Source: Microthyrium microscopicum (Eukaryota). From it: DNA of 64,000 nucleotides. The stretch covers positions 1,039,769 through 1,103,768 of the forward strand of contig MU004242.1 of assembly GCA_010405405.1 (NCBI GenBank). The letters are read 5' to 3'. Below the pieces are notes generated by a model, which searched no databases, was not told the origin of the DNA, and saw only the letters and a list, made by a program, of their open reading frames with translations. Shown here in pieces: positions 1 through 11,941 of the stretch; position 1 is the first letter of the stretch, and every line of letters starts with the position of its first letter. The translations under genes and the position numbers were made by a program.

Positions 1-43
1 CGCATACCTTATAATCATGCCTAATTCTAATGATATCTTTCAG

Positions 44-686
44 ATTCCAAGTTCTTGCTTATCCACCATACAACCTCAAGCCGGATCAACTAGCTTATAT
101 CAATCTTCCTGGAAGCATCATCAACTTACTCACCTCCATCTTCTCGGGACTATTCAGCGATTGGTTAATCAAGTTCCTGTCTCGACGCAACAAGGGTGTC
201 TACGAGCCAGAATTCAGACTTCTTCTGATGCTGCCAGCCACCATCTTCTCAACCGTGTCGTTCTTGCTTCTTGGCAATGCTTATCATTACAAATGGTCGA
301 TCGTACGAATTGTTGCTTGCAGCATATGCATGAACATCGCTGTCCCATTTGCCGGAAACGCGTCGATGACATACATTTACGATACACAAAGGACAACAGC
401 AACAGAAGCTGTCGTGGCAAGTGCCCTGGTCAAGTCGATCTTTGGATACTTCGTCACGAGCTATGTCCCAGCATGGTTCGAAAAGGCCGGCCCACTCAAA
501 GCTTTCACTACCCTGGCTATCCTAAACGTATCGTTCGCATGCTTGACGATCCCAGTATATATCTTCGGAAAAAGATTACGCGGCATGGTATGTCATACTA
601 TCCAACTCCAAATTCAATTACTAATGATTACTTAGGTTGCGCGAAACAAATTCCTGATGAAAGCAGCTATCCACAAGGAAGACTAG
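44..686 (+). CDS. MFS transporter, 3' part only (exons 44-587 and 636-686; 5' exons lie outside the window)
   Basis: Hydrophobic helices plus the fungal MFS motifs 'GLFSDWLIKFLSRRNKGVYEPEFRL' and 'PVYIFGKRLR'. Intron GTATGT...CTAAT...TAG at 588-635; last exon VARNKFLMKAAIHKED*. Confidence 0.85.
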
Positions 687-1356
687 ATGTGCGCTTGGCT
701 CTAATATGGAGAACAGCGGTGTTTACGTGATCAAGATCTTGGGGGTTATTTTAGGAATGCCATGGTGAGGTTCGATACATACAGTACAGTACATACGCTT
801 CAGATTGGATATATTTGCTGAAGCCAGGATTGATACCGATTTACATTATTCTCTTGTACAGTAATAATCCATGCTTCTTAGATTGTCTGAAGATTCGGCA
901 CCAGTTGACTGATATTTACCCATCAAGTTGTACTCCAATGACAGTGAAGTTAATTAATCGCGCGTTATTTTCCCCCAGCTAAGTGGAGAGCTGAACCGGG
1001 AAGCAGGTAATCGCTGAATAGTGTGACTGGTCATAGTCATCGATTGATAGTATGTTCATGTTTCATATTAGCATATATGGCGATAAGTTATATATCAGTG
1101 TATTAACCGATTAGGTGTTTGCCGATCTTTCTAGCGCTTTGTGGTATAGACTGATCTCCATGGTTCGAACGACTCTCCAATGAACTGGTCAAGCCTTACA
1201 GTAATGTGAGCTAAGCATGCGTGGCACGGCGCTGCTGATATCGACTATCGCTCGATCTGTTCTGCCATATTACCTTTGCCCTTCTGCTTTGACAGGGTAG
1301 TCGACTTCTTGTCACTGAAATATTGCGTTTTAATCTGAACTGATATTCAAGATTTT

Positions 1357-1408
1357 GAAGTTCAAGACTGCCACTGACTTCAAAGCGTAAGGAAGTGCGG
1401 CAGACTGT
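1357..1408. repeat. Left arm of a ~52-bp inverted repeat (partner 3635-3686)
   Basis: GAAGTTCAAGACTGCCACTGACTTCAAAGCGTAAGGAAGTGCGGCAGACTGT matches the reverse complement of 3635-3686 at 48/52 positions. Confidence 0.85.
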
Positions 1409-1455
1409 CGAAAACGGAAGGTCGAATAAGGTATTGGTTAAGCATATATAATGGC

Positions 1456-2692
1456 CTAAGTAGAGGATTCAAATAGTGTACCAAGCCCCAAATCAGCTTC
1501 CAGATCTTTCTGTCGCTCTTGTTCATCTTGCTTCTTTACCTTCATTAAGCTGGTTCTGATATCTCTTTGCGCTTCATAATAAGCACCCCTTGAATCTGCT
1601 TCAGTCCACCAGCCGGATTCGGATGGTAGATGCTTGGTTACCTTTAGTTGTACATTTCCGACAACAGAGCCGTCAACCTCATTTACAAATTTGTCTAAAG
1701 AAGTATGCATCTTGAACGTAAGATAGGCGGGAAAGGTAGAGGATGTGATCGGGCCAGATGAATGGCGATTGCCTTCATGGAGCTTATCCGTTTTTCTCCC
1801 AGCCGTCCTTGGGCAGTACTTTTTGGAGGTAGGCAAGTACCATTTCGGCGTTTCTCAACTCGTAAGGTAAAGCGGTTCCGTGTTGCGCTTCTATTTTAGC
1901 CGTAAGAGGATATCTCTGCTCTGGATAAGGCCGGCGCCGGAACAGAGGTCGCTTGCCGCCTGCTGTTGGATATACTTTCATCTTTGAATCTGGCTCTCGA
2001 TGCAGTAGAGCTGTGAGTAGGGCGAAATTTCTAATACCATCATTGCCGGCAGAGTGGCGCTTATTCCTCCTTACGGTGCGATGCTCGGTGATCCCGAGGG
2101 AGAGACAGCTGTCGTAAAGACCGCGCAGTTTATGACCAGATGCTTGAGTAACAAAGTCACTCAAGTCAGCCCAGGCTGAGACGAGTTTCAATAATCTTGG
2201 GCAGCACTTCTGCAACCAGATCATCTCCTCTCTTCCCCCGAACGTCAAGACGATTAGATTTGTCCTGCCTGCTTTCAAGTTTTCTAAAGCTTGCAGAATG
2301 GTAGCTTCCGCGGTGGCTTCTACCTCGGTCGCTTCAACTGGCGTCGCTTTACCATGTTTATATCTTTCGCGTTTTTTGCCGATGTGTTCTGGTGCCATTC
2401 GAAGAACTGGGATGCTGAAGCTTTCGATAGATGCTTCTTGAATGAAAGCCCCAAATGTACCATCTGGTACTAAGTAGGCTCTTCGTTGTTTGTCGGTCTG
2501 TCGTAGGTGCGTGATGGACGGACAAAGTAAAAAACCAATCTCCCTGATCTGCGCTCTCCGTCCTCCAACTTCGAGTGATAAGATAGCCGAATCGGCATGT
2601 TGTGCCAGAAAGTCGTCCAGACTCAAGGTCAAGAAGGGCTTGATAAATTTTCGATGGGCCGTCGCGTCTGCGGAGACCATGGTGTTCGGCAT
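1456..2692 (-). CDS. Putative DEDDh/RNase H-fold exonuclease-like protein (QIP/Gfd2-like) with a C-terminal RRM-like segment; split by a 1-nt frameshift at the T5 run 1820-1824
   Basis: 'RHSAGNDG' resembles the HNAGND ExoIII motif; 'ILSLEVG..IREIGF' resembles a degenerate ExoI. Removing one base in the homopolymer joins ORFs 1784-2692 and 1456-1836 (AYLQKYCPRTAGRK...). Confidence 0.55.
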
Positions 2693-2829
2693 GGAGAAGG
2701 TCGAGCTGAATGATCAAATGGATTGCAAGACAGGTGTCCTGGTTGTTTGGTTATAGAAAAGCCATGACTTGAAAGGTCATGTTGCTGAGCTCTTATATCC
2801 AAAGTTCCTAACTGATGCGAGTTATGGTA

Positions 2830-3043
2830 CCTCTGCCTTGCATTCTGTGCTTCTAGGGGTGCAAGAATATGTCTTTATGAGCAACTACTCTGATTGGTTG
2901 TAGGTAGGCCTCACGTGACCCCTAAACGCAAGCCCTAGAATTCAACCAATCAGGATAGCAAGCCACATAAAGTGGCCAATCAGAATAGCGAAGCAGGAAG
3001 ACACAAAATCTTTGGGGTAGAAGCACAGAATGCAAGGCAGAGG
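2830..3043. mobile_element. MITE (non-autonomous Tc1/mariner type), 214 bp, perfect 26-bp TIRs, TA target-site duplication
   Basis: TA|CCTCTGCCTTGCATTCTGTGCTTCTA (2830-2855) ... TAGAAGCACAGAATGCAAGGCAGAGG|TA (3018-3043); no coding capacity. Confidence 0.8.
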
Positions 3044-3634
3044 TACTGAACCTCGCTGGCGAACCTTGGCTTTATCTTTCAACCACGGTCGCGTCAGTTT
3101 TCTGGGTACTGGATACTAGATACTGGATACTTCTAGATACTTCTGGACCCATATTCGCTGCAAGTGCTACCTCTGAGTCTGCGCTGTGTAGGCAGCCAAG
3201 GTTGATACCCTTGGAATTATTTTTCATGCGCACATTGAATGTCCGTATCCATGACAGAATGAGACTGTAAAATTCCATCAGTGTACGCCGGCCTTGGCTA
3301 GGTATGGAATTCTCGATAACTGCAGTGTGTGAAGAAACACAAGTTAAGGGGTGCTTGAATCCCCCAGCATCGAAGATGCGGTGGATTGACCACGGTAGTG
3401 AGGTATAGAATACAAAACTCTACCAACCCAATGATGTGCTCAAAACTAATTTCATATCAGCACCAGTATCGGCTTGTAAACACATATGGCGCTTGAGGCA
3501 ATTATTAAGGAATTATCTCTCAAAGTAGTACTAGTGTATCTTGAATGCGCACCGCGTTTCGTTCGCCTTATTCCTCGCGTTGTCTCTGGCCTTGCTGTCT
3601 TGGCTGTTAGACTCTTCCAATTTCGTCGTGTCCA

Positions 3635-3686
3635 ACAGTCTGCCGCACTTCCTTACGCATTGAAGTCAATGGCAGTGATGAACTTC
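3635..3686. repeat. Right arm of the ~52-bp inverted repeat (partner 1357-1408)
   Basis: Reverse complement matches 1357-1408 with 4 mismatches. Confidence 0.85.
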
Positions 3687-3893
3687 TGATCGAATGCAGA
3701 AAGAAAGCACTTCATGGAATATGTGGAACTTGAAATCAAAATCTTCTTCAAAGGGTATGGAAGCCCGCGACATGTTCGCATTAATTATCGATATTAGATA
3801 GACCACAGAAAGCATCTCCTCATCTTATGCTTGTAGTATAGCTTTCCAGTCAACACAATGCACCGATACAGAATCACTCATCAGATTCTAATG

Positions 3894-6020
3894 TTACGTA
3901 GCAACATCCCCATACTTCTCGAAGAATTCCAGCGTCATGGCTGCCAAAAAGCACGGCACCTGTCGCTTCCCATCAACCCAAAATTCAATCAAGCCTCTTA
4001 TCTCTCGCGCAAACTCGCTTTCTGTGCCTCCACTGACCTTCATCGTGCCGTGTTCACCGTCAAACTCTATATATGGGCGTACTCCCCCGTCGGTAGGCTT
4101 AGGGTAGAACATGCTACTGGCTTTGACCTTGCCGTTTTGTTCGAACGATAGCTGCCAGCCTAACAGCGAGAAGACTGCTTCGCGAAATTCAAGGCCTTTG
4201 GCGCTGAAGATCTCGCGTAGACGGCGAGATTTCTTTTCGAGATTTGCGATGTTTGTGTCTTTCGCATCGAGGGATAATTGTAGGGTTGTTAGGCTGGCAC
4301 TTGGCACGAGCTGTGAATCACCAGCAGGGCCATGGGTGGGCAGTTTATTGGCTATTTGAGCGCTGAGGGTTTCGTTCTCGGCGCGGAGGGCGTCGAGTGT
4401 GGCTTGTTTGATGGCCGATGCGGAAGAAGTAGGATTGTTGCGAAGTTCGAGAATTCGGTAGCGGGAGCTGGCTTTTATGGTGGTGAGTTGCGTGGATTTG
4501 GCCGCAAGATCGGATTCGAGGACGCTGAAGCGGGTCTGCAGAGCGTGATGGCTTTCTTGCAGGGCTTTGTTCTTGCGGAGTAGTTCGCCGATGCGCTCAT
4601 CGTCAGGCTGTTCTAGGGGGCGTTTGCTGCCGATGGGCAGGGAGGTTGAGGGTGTAGAGGGTGTGGCTTCGAGTTTGGAGAGATTGGATTCTAAGGTGTC
4701 AAGCTCGGTACGGTATTGGTCGACTAGACTTTCGAGTTCTTGGATGCGGGTGGCTTGGGTGGCGGAGTATCGCTCTGGGTTCATCTCCGATTCTTCAGCG
4801 TCAAGGGTTTTGAGTTGTTCGCGAAGATAGGCAGTCTCTTTTACGGCGAGATTCTTCTGTCGTTCTATTCTAGCTTTGGCTTTGAATTCTCCTGCCTTGT
4901 CTGAGCCTGCTCCTTTCAGTTGTGTGATCTGTTTTTGGAGCTCGGCCTTTGAATTTTCTAGAGCCTGTATTTCTTCGTCTTTTGTTGTGAGCTCTGGTTG
5001 TATAGAGCCGAGCTGATCAAGAAGAGAAGCCTTCTCTAGTCTCTCAGTCATAAATGCGCGTGCAAGCTCTTCTGGCGAATCAAATTCGAATTCAGCACCA
5101 CCAGACGCTTGACTTTGCAGATATGTAGCCCACGATCGATGCTCAGCTTCTAGCGAATCGTTTCGAATTCGGACTTCTGCGAGTTCTGTCCGCAGGCCTT
5201 GCATTAGGCGTAATTTGTTTTCTAGTGTTCGCTTCTCTTCCTCCACAATCTCGATGCTCTTTTTGACCTTTCGGAACTCTTGCAATTCTTGAAGTTGTTC
5301 TCGATTCGCCGACTCTAGTTTCCGGATATGTGCCACTTGCTCAGACAGATCTCTTTTCAAGATATCTAGCGCTTCGGAGTCGCCGCCGGACGCTCTCAAT
5401 TTGATGAGTTCCGCTTCCATTTCTTCATTCTGCGTCTCTCGTTGCGCCAACTTTTGTTGCGTTGCATGTAACACGCTGTCCTTCCGTTCCGCCTCTTCTT
5501 TGATTTGGTCATAGGATTGCTGCAGCGCATTATGTTGTCCCTCCCAGTCCCGCTGCTTGCGCTCTTGAATCCGCTCAGCATCACCAACCTTTTCCAGCGC
5601 CTCATCGAGCTCTTCTTGAAGCGCTTGTTTCTGTCCTTCCACGCGACGTACTGTGCGCTCCAGATTCGTTTTTTCCACCGCCGCAGCCTCTTGTTGATCA
5701 TGAATCTGTTTGCTCAAAGCCTCAGCTTTCGCGGATGCCGAGGAAGCGCTCGCCTCAGCTGCTTGTGCGCGACGATGATCGCCGTCGGCTCGCGCGCGAA
5801 CTTCTCGCAAATCGCTGTCATGCTGGAGTTTGATGAGATCGCGGTCCTGTTTAAGGGAGGATAATTCGTATTCGAGTGTTTTGATGGCAGCGCGGAGGTC
5901 TTCGTTTCCAGAATCAGGTTTTATCATAGAGGATGCGCGTAGCGTTTTGCGCAATGCAGCCTCGTCAGGTTCCCCACTAAGGAAGTTGTACGAAGGCTGA
6001 TTTGGGCGCCGCGTAGACAT
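3894..6020 (-). CDS. MAD1: Spindle assembly checkpoint protein Mad1
   Basis: 708-aa intronless coiled-coil protein with 'RILELRNNPT', 'RLREIFSAKGLEFREAVFSLLGW' and C-terminal 'PCFLAAMTLEFFE', all typical of Mad1. Confidence 0.95.
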   Translation of the reverse strand: MSTRRPNQPSYNFLSGEPDEAALRKTLRASSMIKPDSGNEDLRAAIKTLEYELSSLKQDRDLIKLQHDSDLREVRARADGDHRRAQAAEASASSASAKAEALSKQIHDQQEAAAVEKTNLERTVRRVEGQKQALQEELDEALEKVGDAERIQERKQRDWEGQHNALQQSYDQIKEEAERKDSVLHATQQKLAQRETQNEEMEAELIKLRASGGDSEALDILKRDLSEQVAHIRKLESANREQLQELQEFRKVKKSIEIVEEEKRTLENKLRLMQGLRTELAEVRIRNDSLEAEHRSWATYLQSQASGGAEFEFDSPEELARAFMTERLEKASLLDQLGSIQPELTTKDEEIQALENSKAELQKQITQLKGAGSDKAGEFKAKARIERQKNLAVKETAYLREQLKTLDAEESEMNPERYSATQATRIQELESLVDQYRTELDTLESNLSKLEATPSTPSTSLPIGSKRPLEQPDDERIGELLRKNKALQESHHALQTRFSVLESDLAAKSTQLTTIKASSRYRILELRNNPTSSASAIKQATLDALRAENETLSAQIANKLPTHGPAGDSQLVPSASLTTLQLSLDAKDTNIANLEKKSRRLREIFSAKGLEFREAVFSLLGWQLSFEQNGKVKASSMFYPKPTDGGVRPYIEFDGEHGTMKVSGGTESEFAREIRGLIEFWVDGKRQVPCFLAAMTLEFFEKYGDVAT

Positions 6021-6198
6021 TGTAGCGAGAATAGAAATTTGTGGAAGGTTTAGAAGACGGTTGGCACTGCCATGTTAGATCTGCCCGATGGTTTGCTATT
6101 GCAGTAGCCTAGCCAGGCGATGTTGGGTGAAATGGTTGTAATTGGAAATTGGATGTCGTGAAGACGTTTCGGTCTTGGTCGACTGTTGCCAAACAAAG

Positions 6199-6204
6199 AC
6201 GCGT
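6199..6204. promoter_or_regulatory. MCB-like element (ACGCGT) upstream of MAD1
   Basis: GACGCGTC about 180 bp upstream of the MAD1 ATG. Confidence 0.4.
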
Positions 6205-6731
6205 CGGGTCAAATTAAGGTTGCGCCTGCCTGCTACTACTCCGAACGTGGTTTAGCTCAGCCTTGCTGTCCAACGACCATAAGGCTGAGGTTCGAATGTT
6301 CAACTTCACCTTTTGCAAAAATCATCTCCTTGCCAGCAATTATGCCTATTTTGGCATACAACAATACAAGAATAAAAAATTCGCGTTTTTCACTTAGGTA
6401 ACTAGATCACACAGCTCGCACTGTCTAGAGAAATAGATCACCTTGTCAGTGATCCGTCATTGTTGATAACTAAGCTTATTGATCCTTTCGACTTCTCCAT
6501 CAATCTGTCACCAGCATCATGAGGTTACATTTTCCCTAGTACAAAACTTTTGCCTAGTAGTTTGATTGATTTTGCATTAATATTTCTCGAAGTTCATCTC
6601 ATGTATTTGAAAAAGATTACTTTTGGGTTGAGAAGGTATTGTCTCATAATGTAAACAATGGAGACAAGACGAAACCAGTCTCCCTCTCCCCGCAAAAAAA
6701 CCACGAAAACACAGATTAAAAAAACAAAAAC

Positions 6732-6768
6732 TCGGCGCACTTCTATTTTCTGATTAGAAGTGCGCCGA
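6732..6768. repeat. Perfect 14-bp hairpin with 9-nt loop in intergenic DNA
   Basis: TCGGCGCACTTCTA-ttttctgat-TAGAAGTGCGCCGA. Confidence 0.85.
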
Positions 6769-7822
6769 TAAAACTCCTCTTTCGAGTGGTTTTTGCTGTG
6801 ACGATCCCTACGTTTGAACCCGTCACCTGCCAGTTTGGCTTGTTTTGGGTAGCTAATTGGGTGGTGACTAACGGACCTGCTCCTACCCAATTGTAGTTAC
6901 ACCGTCGTTAGCCGTCCAATTAGAACTGCCCCAGGGATGAATAATCTGATGAGGCTGAGGAAGTCACATCTCTGCCACTGATTACATTTTGGTTACGGTC
7001 AAATTGCGGTGACTTTGAATATAGCTAAGAATTCTGTGCCCATAATCCTCTGCCTAAATTCGAGGTTCAAGGTTCGGAGCATCTCTGCTTGTAGATTGGT
7101 CGCCTGAAAAGAAAAGTAGAAAAATTCAGCAAGTCTTCTGGTAAACACTGGAGCATATCTGAGTTTGGTGGTATCGATGGTGGTGCTCAGGCCCTTCTGT
7201 AACCTCCAATTGCTACCATAAACTCGCCAGATACTCGCTCAAGTCTCCTAGCCTTCGCCGAAAATTTCTTTTGCATATGTGATAGAGCAATTGTTGCAAC
7301 CTGGCTCGTATTCGAATCATGTAGTCATTGTAACGCTGGTGTTATTGCCTCAAAGTGTTCAACTTTCATCGATTACGGATAGAAAGCTTCTCGATATCTG
7401 CGAGGCGCTACGAAGGATGGAGTTTGTAGCATGAATAAGTGAAGATGTCTTCTACCTATAAAAGATATAGCCTTCCACTTGCACTACTGTTACAGCGCTT
7501 TCCTTATATCAGCCGAGTGCTCAAAGCTTGTTTCAAATTCAACCTTCAATTACTTAATTAGGTAAACACCTCCTAAGCGCCACGAAATAGGAAACGACCA
7601 GCTGAGCATTCGTTGCACAAAGGTAACACTACAACACGTTCACGCTAAGTATATATTGAGCATTAGCATTGGCTAGTCTCAGTGTAGCAAGTACAACTGC
7701 AACGTCGAAAGGGGTTTGACCCAGTCTAAAGGAATATATGCCAACAGTCCTCATTCATCCAGCTCCTCTCATTCAACATTCCTTCAGTCATCCATGACGT
7801 CTATCCAAACACCTCCAGCCCA

Positions 7823-8877
7823 TCAGTCCTCCTCAAACACCCCATCCGTAACAGTAAAAACCAGTTTCTGCTTATAACTAAACGCAGTCACAATCCTAAA
7901 GCCATTAATCATGAAATCCTTGTTCTTTTCAGACGCCAGCCGGGCAATGGGCGAATTCCCCAAAACCTTGTCCAAGACACCAGTATGCCGTTCATCATCT
8001 ACATGGAGTTTCGCCAACTTATAGCACTCTACCGGATTCAAATCATGTACAAGCGAGATCGCAGCTTTGGAGACTGCCTCCCTGTTCGCGTCCGCTAGAC
8101 TGAGATATGTACCAATAATATGAATATCGGCCGACGGAAGCTGAGGATAAGTCTCTTCGCTTAAAACGGACACGTCGTAGTCATCTTCAACCGTTATCTG
8201 ATAGACGGTGTACATTGGCGTAGTGCCAGCGCTTTTGAGGATAGAGCTGATTTGGCAGTCTTTTTCGCGGTCTATGTAGACCGAGATGGAGTTGTCGAGG
8301 TTTTCGGAGTTGAGCGGTGACTGTATGCCCCGAAACCACTTGTCTACCGCTTCGCCGCCATGCTCTCGAGTATGAATATTGAGGGCTGCGAGCGCTGCCG
8401 GGCAGTTTTTCCGAAGAATAGTCGCAACTGTACGGAATGTTTCGGGCGCTCCGTGGAGATATGGACCGTATACAGCCTGTTGTGTGGTATGTTCAAATGT
8501 GACTGTCACATAGTTGATTAGGGATGAGTTGGCTATATCTGGGGCTTCGGAAAGCCAGGCTGAATATGTTAGTCTTCAGTTGTGATGACTTGGTGAAGGG
8601 CGAACTTACCGACGTTGACGAGAGGAACCATCTGCTTCATCTCTTCCATCTCTTGATCCCAGGCGTCTCCGGACCCGAGGGTTTCTAGCCATGTGATATC
8701 TTCCGTGTACGCTTGAAGATTCGGCCGGTCAGCATCTAGGCCGACAGGACATGGACCGTCTTCGACCGGGTCGTTGATCTTTGGGGTTCGGATAGAAGCT
8801 TCAAGTGCTTTGAGACCTTCTATATTCTGTTTTGCCAATTTCGCCTGCTTGCGAGCTTTTCCTTTCGGGCGTGCCAT
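7823..8877 (-). CDS. Hypothetical protein, 2 exons (8877-8610, 8559-7823), basic N-terminus
   Basis: ATG at 8877 (MARPKGKARKQAK). Intron GTAAGT...CTAAC...CAG (8609-8560) joins the two ORFs in frame (VNV-A-WLSEAPDI...). Confidence 0.75.
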
Positions 8878-9405
8878 TTCGAATTGATATGGTAAAACAG
8901 CAGATATAAGCTGGGTTGATGTCGAATTAATACGCAAGCTCGTGTAATGATTTTATCGCTGCTAAGCTTTGAGATGATAAGGTGTCGAAGGTTGGAGTGT
9001 TGGAGTAATGAAAACGAGAGGAAGCTAAAATGTGTCGAAACAGCAGCGAGCCTTCTTGATATGAACAGGAACTAAGGACGAGGTGAAGGAGCTACCCGCT
9101 CCCCTATCAACGAGGCTCCTAGACCGAAAGTTGTAAGTAACTCTGTCACGCGCAATGCTTCCAGTTCTCAGGATACATTCAAGAACTCCTTTTGGTTTCG
9201 ATAGCCAAAGAAGGTGCTCACTCCTCTGATAGTTAGTTCTATTTGAAGTCGAATATCAGTTATCCGTTTGTCGGGTATTTCGAAGAGTATTAATATTTCT
9301 ATGCACAATTAAATCAATGCCTTGCTATGCATGCTCCATTCCATCGTAAATGCCAATCATCTCAAACGTCAAGTGCTCGTCAAAATGCTTGCTATGCGTC
9401 TAACC

Positions 9406-11843
9406 TCACTGCGCGGTCTTGACCTCACCCTTCTTGGTCAAGATATCAAACTCCAGCCAACTCGCTCGCTCGCCTCTACGACCACCAACCAAACGACCTG
9501 GGTTCATTACACACGTACCCATATAGTTCAGCGCGAACGATGGCGCTTCGGGATCCGCGATGACTAGTGCAGATGGCAAAGGATATAGTTGCATAGCATG
9601 CCCAAAGTCCCAGTATACTGGTCGCGTGCTCAATGGGAAAGGTGCAAGATATGCTTGGTCGCAAATTGTCTTTGTGAGTCGGCGTGCTTCGGCGACATCG
9701 GGGTCGATTTGCACTTCTTCAGGCTGCTCCTCGCCATCAACGTCCATGGGCTGAGTGTCCATTCCCGCCTCAGCCATGGCACCCTCATCTGTCTCCATCT
9801 CATCGTCAGTCTGCTTTGCAAAGCGGATTGCTGAGCGTCTCAGACGACCTGTAATATCATCGCGAAATAACACCATTTCTCCAGCACAGCCAAACCAGCT
9901 CAGCCGACTTGGATTGCTGGTCCAGACTACATCACCCTCGTGTCCGGCCTTGCTCCTACCTCGTGTCTCACGATTCGCTTCTGCAACTGCGCGCCGTATG
10001 CGACTTGTGAATAGTTCCGGCACAGGTTTTCTTGGTACAGGCGGTGCTCCTCCAGCCGAGAAGCTAGATGGCCAAGCATCACGATCGCCTGGCACAAACA
10101 CCAGCGACGTGCGTGAAAGCACAGTAGGGAAGTCCGAGATCACGCTCGCTAAGGTATTGAAGCTCTCCTTATATGCGATACTACTCGCGTCCGCCACAGG
10201 CGTCAATGCTGGTGCAGTGATAAAGTTGCCCATCAACACGATCGCTAATGGCACTGCAGACGCAGGTTGCGCCGCATAGTGTGCAAATAGCGCGCGAATG
10301 GCGGACATAGTGGTTGGCTGATCTAGTGCGACTTCCGCCGCGATGACAACCTTACTGTTGCCTTCGTGTGGTGCGCCAGGGCCAAGGATTCGATTTTGTA
10401 GAGCGCGCATGCGCTGGCCCATGGCTTTTTCTGAGCCGAGCCCGAGAAAGTCAGTCCAGCCAAATGCTGCGCCGAGGGGAGCTTCGGGTCCATCTTGAAT
10501 GCCTAGGGTGGTCGAGCGGCGTTCGCATGGTGGATGAGCGATAAGCGAGGCGAGGAATTTGCCTCCAATTGTTGCGCCGATGCCGCCCATGGATCCTAAG
10601 GAGGCCTCGCTGGCGCCAGTCCCATCTTCGACGTAGACACCGTGCATTAGAAGAAGCATACCAGGGCAGAACCATGCTGCTGACGCGTCGGGAAAAGGAC
10701 GGGCGTGTTGGATGTCTATGGGTATTGAGCCGGTAAGATCGGAAATGGCAAGATCGCCGGTGGGAAGGACCTGGAGGAGACCAAAGAGAAGATGAAAAGA
10801 GTCGCTGCGGCCGAGTAGGTTGGATATGGGCGTGATTTTATTTGCTGAACTGCCATCCGAAGGATTATCTGACTTCGAGCCCATCATGGTTTGTTGCTGG
10901 AAGCCTTCATTGCGGAGAATCCGTTGGTGCACAACATGATATCTCTGTGTGAATAATTGAGTTTTATGTGAAGGTGATGGGAAGAAACTAGGCTTCGTTT
11001 TCGACCTAATGAAGATTAGACAGCTGCGACAGCGTGTGACAAAGAAACGTACTTGTCGAAATGCTTCTTCGAAGTATTGTATATTAATGGTGGCTGCTCG
11101 AATGCGTCAATGACTTTGATCCATTCTCGCGGATCTTTCAATCCGTCCTCATCGTCTTCATCTTTGCCAACGTCTAGCCTACTCATGCCAAAACTATCGG
11201 CATTTGGCAAAGCAGGACGTAGGAATCCTTTTTCAAGACTTGCACCTTCGGGGAACGCAAAGCTGGATTGCCTACTAAGCCCTTTACCAGCTACAATGCG
11301 TCCACCGCTCATGCACGTCTCAATAGTCTTTAGTATGCTCTTCAGCGCATTGCCGTCGTCTGTGACAATGGAGGCATTACTCTGTTTCTTCCATAATTTG
11401 GCCACCTCTTCCAGCACGCCATCTGCCAGACCTTCATTTTTCCATCCTGAGCCGCAGTGTTTTCCAATGAAGTTGGCGAGCGCTAAGAGTGCTGGGGTTT
11501 GAAGTGTGAGGTTGTACTTTCGATTGAATAGGCGGACAGCAGTGGGTCGGAGTGTGGCAGCTGGCAGATTTATAGGGAGAACAGAAGCGGTCTTGAAGCT
11601 AGGAGCTTGTAAAGGTGGTAGCGTTCTTATGGGTTTTATTGGGTGCTGAGGAGTTGCAAAAGCTGGACTCGATGAAGGTAGCGTCAAATCAAAGGCTAAT
11701 TGTTTGACTCTATTTTTTGAAGGCGAGAATATTGCTCGAGATGCATTTGGTTTTGAGAGACGTTGGGGGGATGAGGGCGGTGATTCTGGTATAATACTCG
11801 ACGATGGAACCGGTATGCTAGACTGAGTATCCAATCGTGACAT
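9406..11843 (-). CDS. DPB2: DNA polymerase epsilon subunit B (exons 11843-11053, 11005-9406)
   Basis: Motifs 'IDAFEQP', 'RYHVVHQRILRNE', 'DLTGSIPID', 'VLMGNF', 'FVPGDRD', 'SNPSRL', 'PVYWDF..LYPLPSALVIAD'. Intron GTACGT...CTAAT...TAG. Confidence 0.95.
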
Positions 11844-11941
11844 TGTGCCTCGATTTCAAATCTTCAAAATCAAGATCAGAAAGTGAGGATTGCAGATGTA
11901 AATAATGTAAATAGCACTTAAAGTTGAGCAACGTTGGAAGT

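Noticed and set aside
17..730. 237-aa ORF on the + strand
   Set aside because: Alternative frame overlapping the MFS exon; no protein-like features, and it runs through the intron.
6241..6300. tRNA-like A box (TAGCTCAG) and B box (GGTTCGAAT)
   Set aside because: Folds as a simple hairpin (CTCAGCCTT/AAGGCTGAG); no acceptor stem, T stem or cloverleaf.
6947..6970. CTGATGAG as a hammerhead ribozyme core
   Set aside because: No GAAA after stem II and no matching stems I/III.
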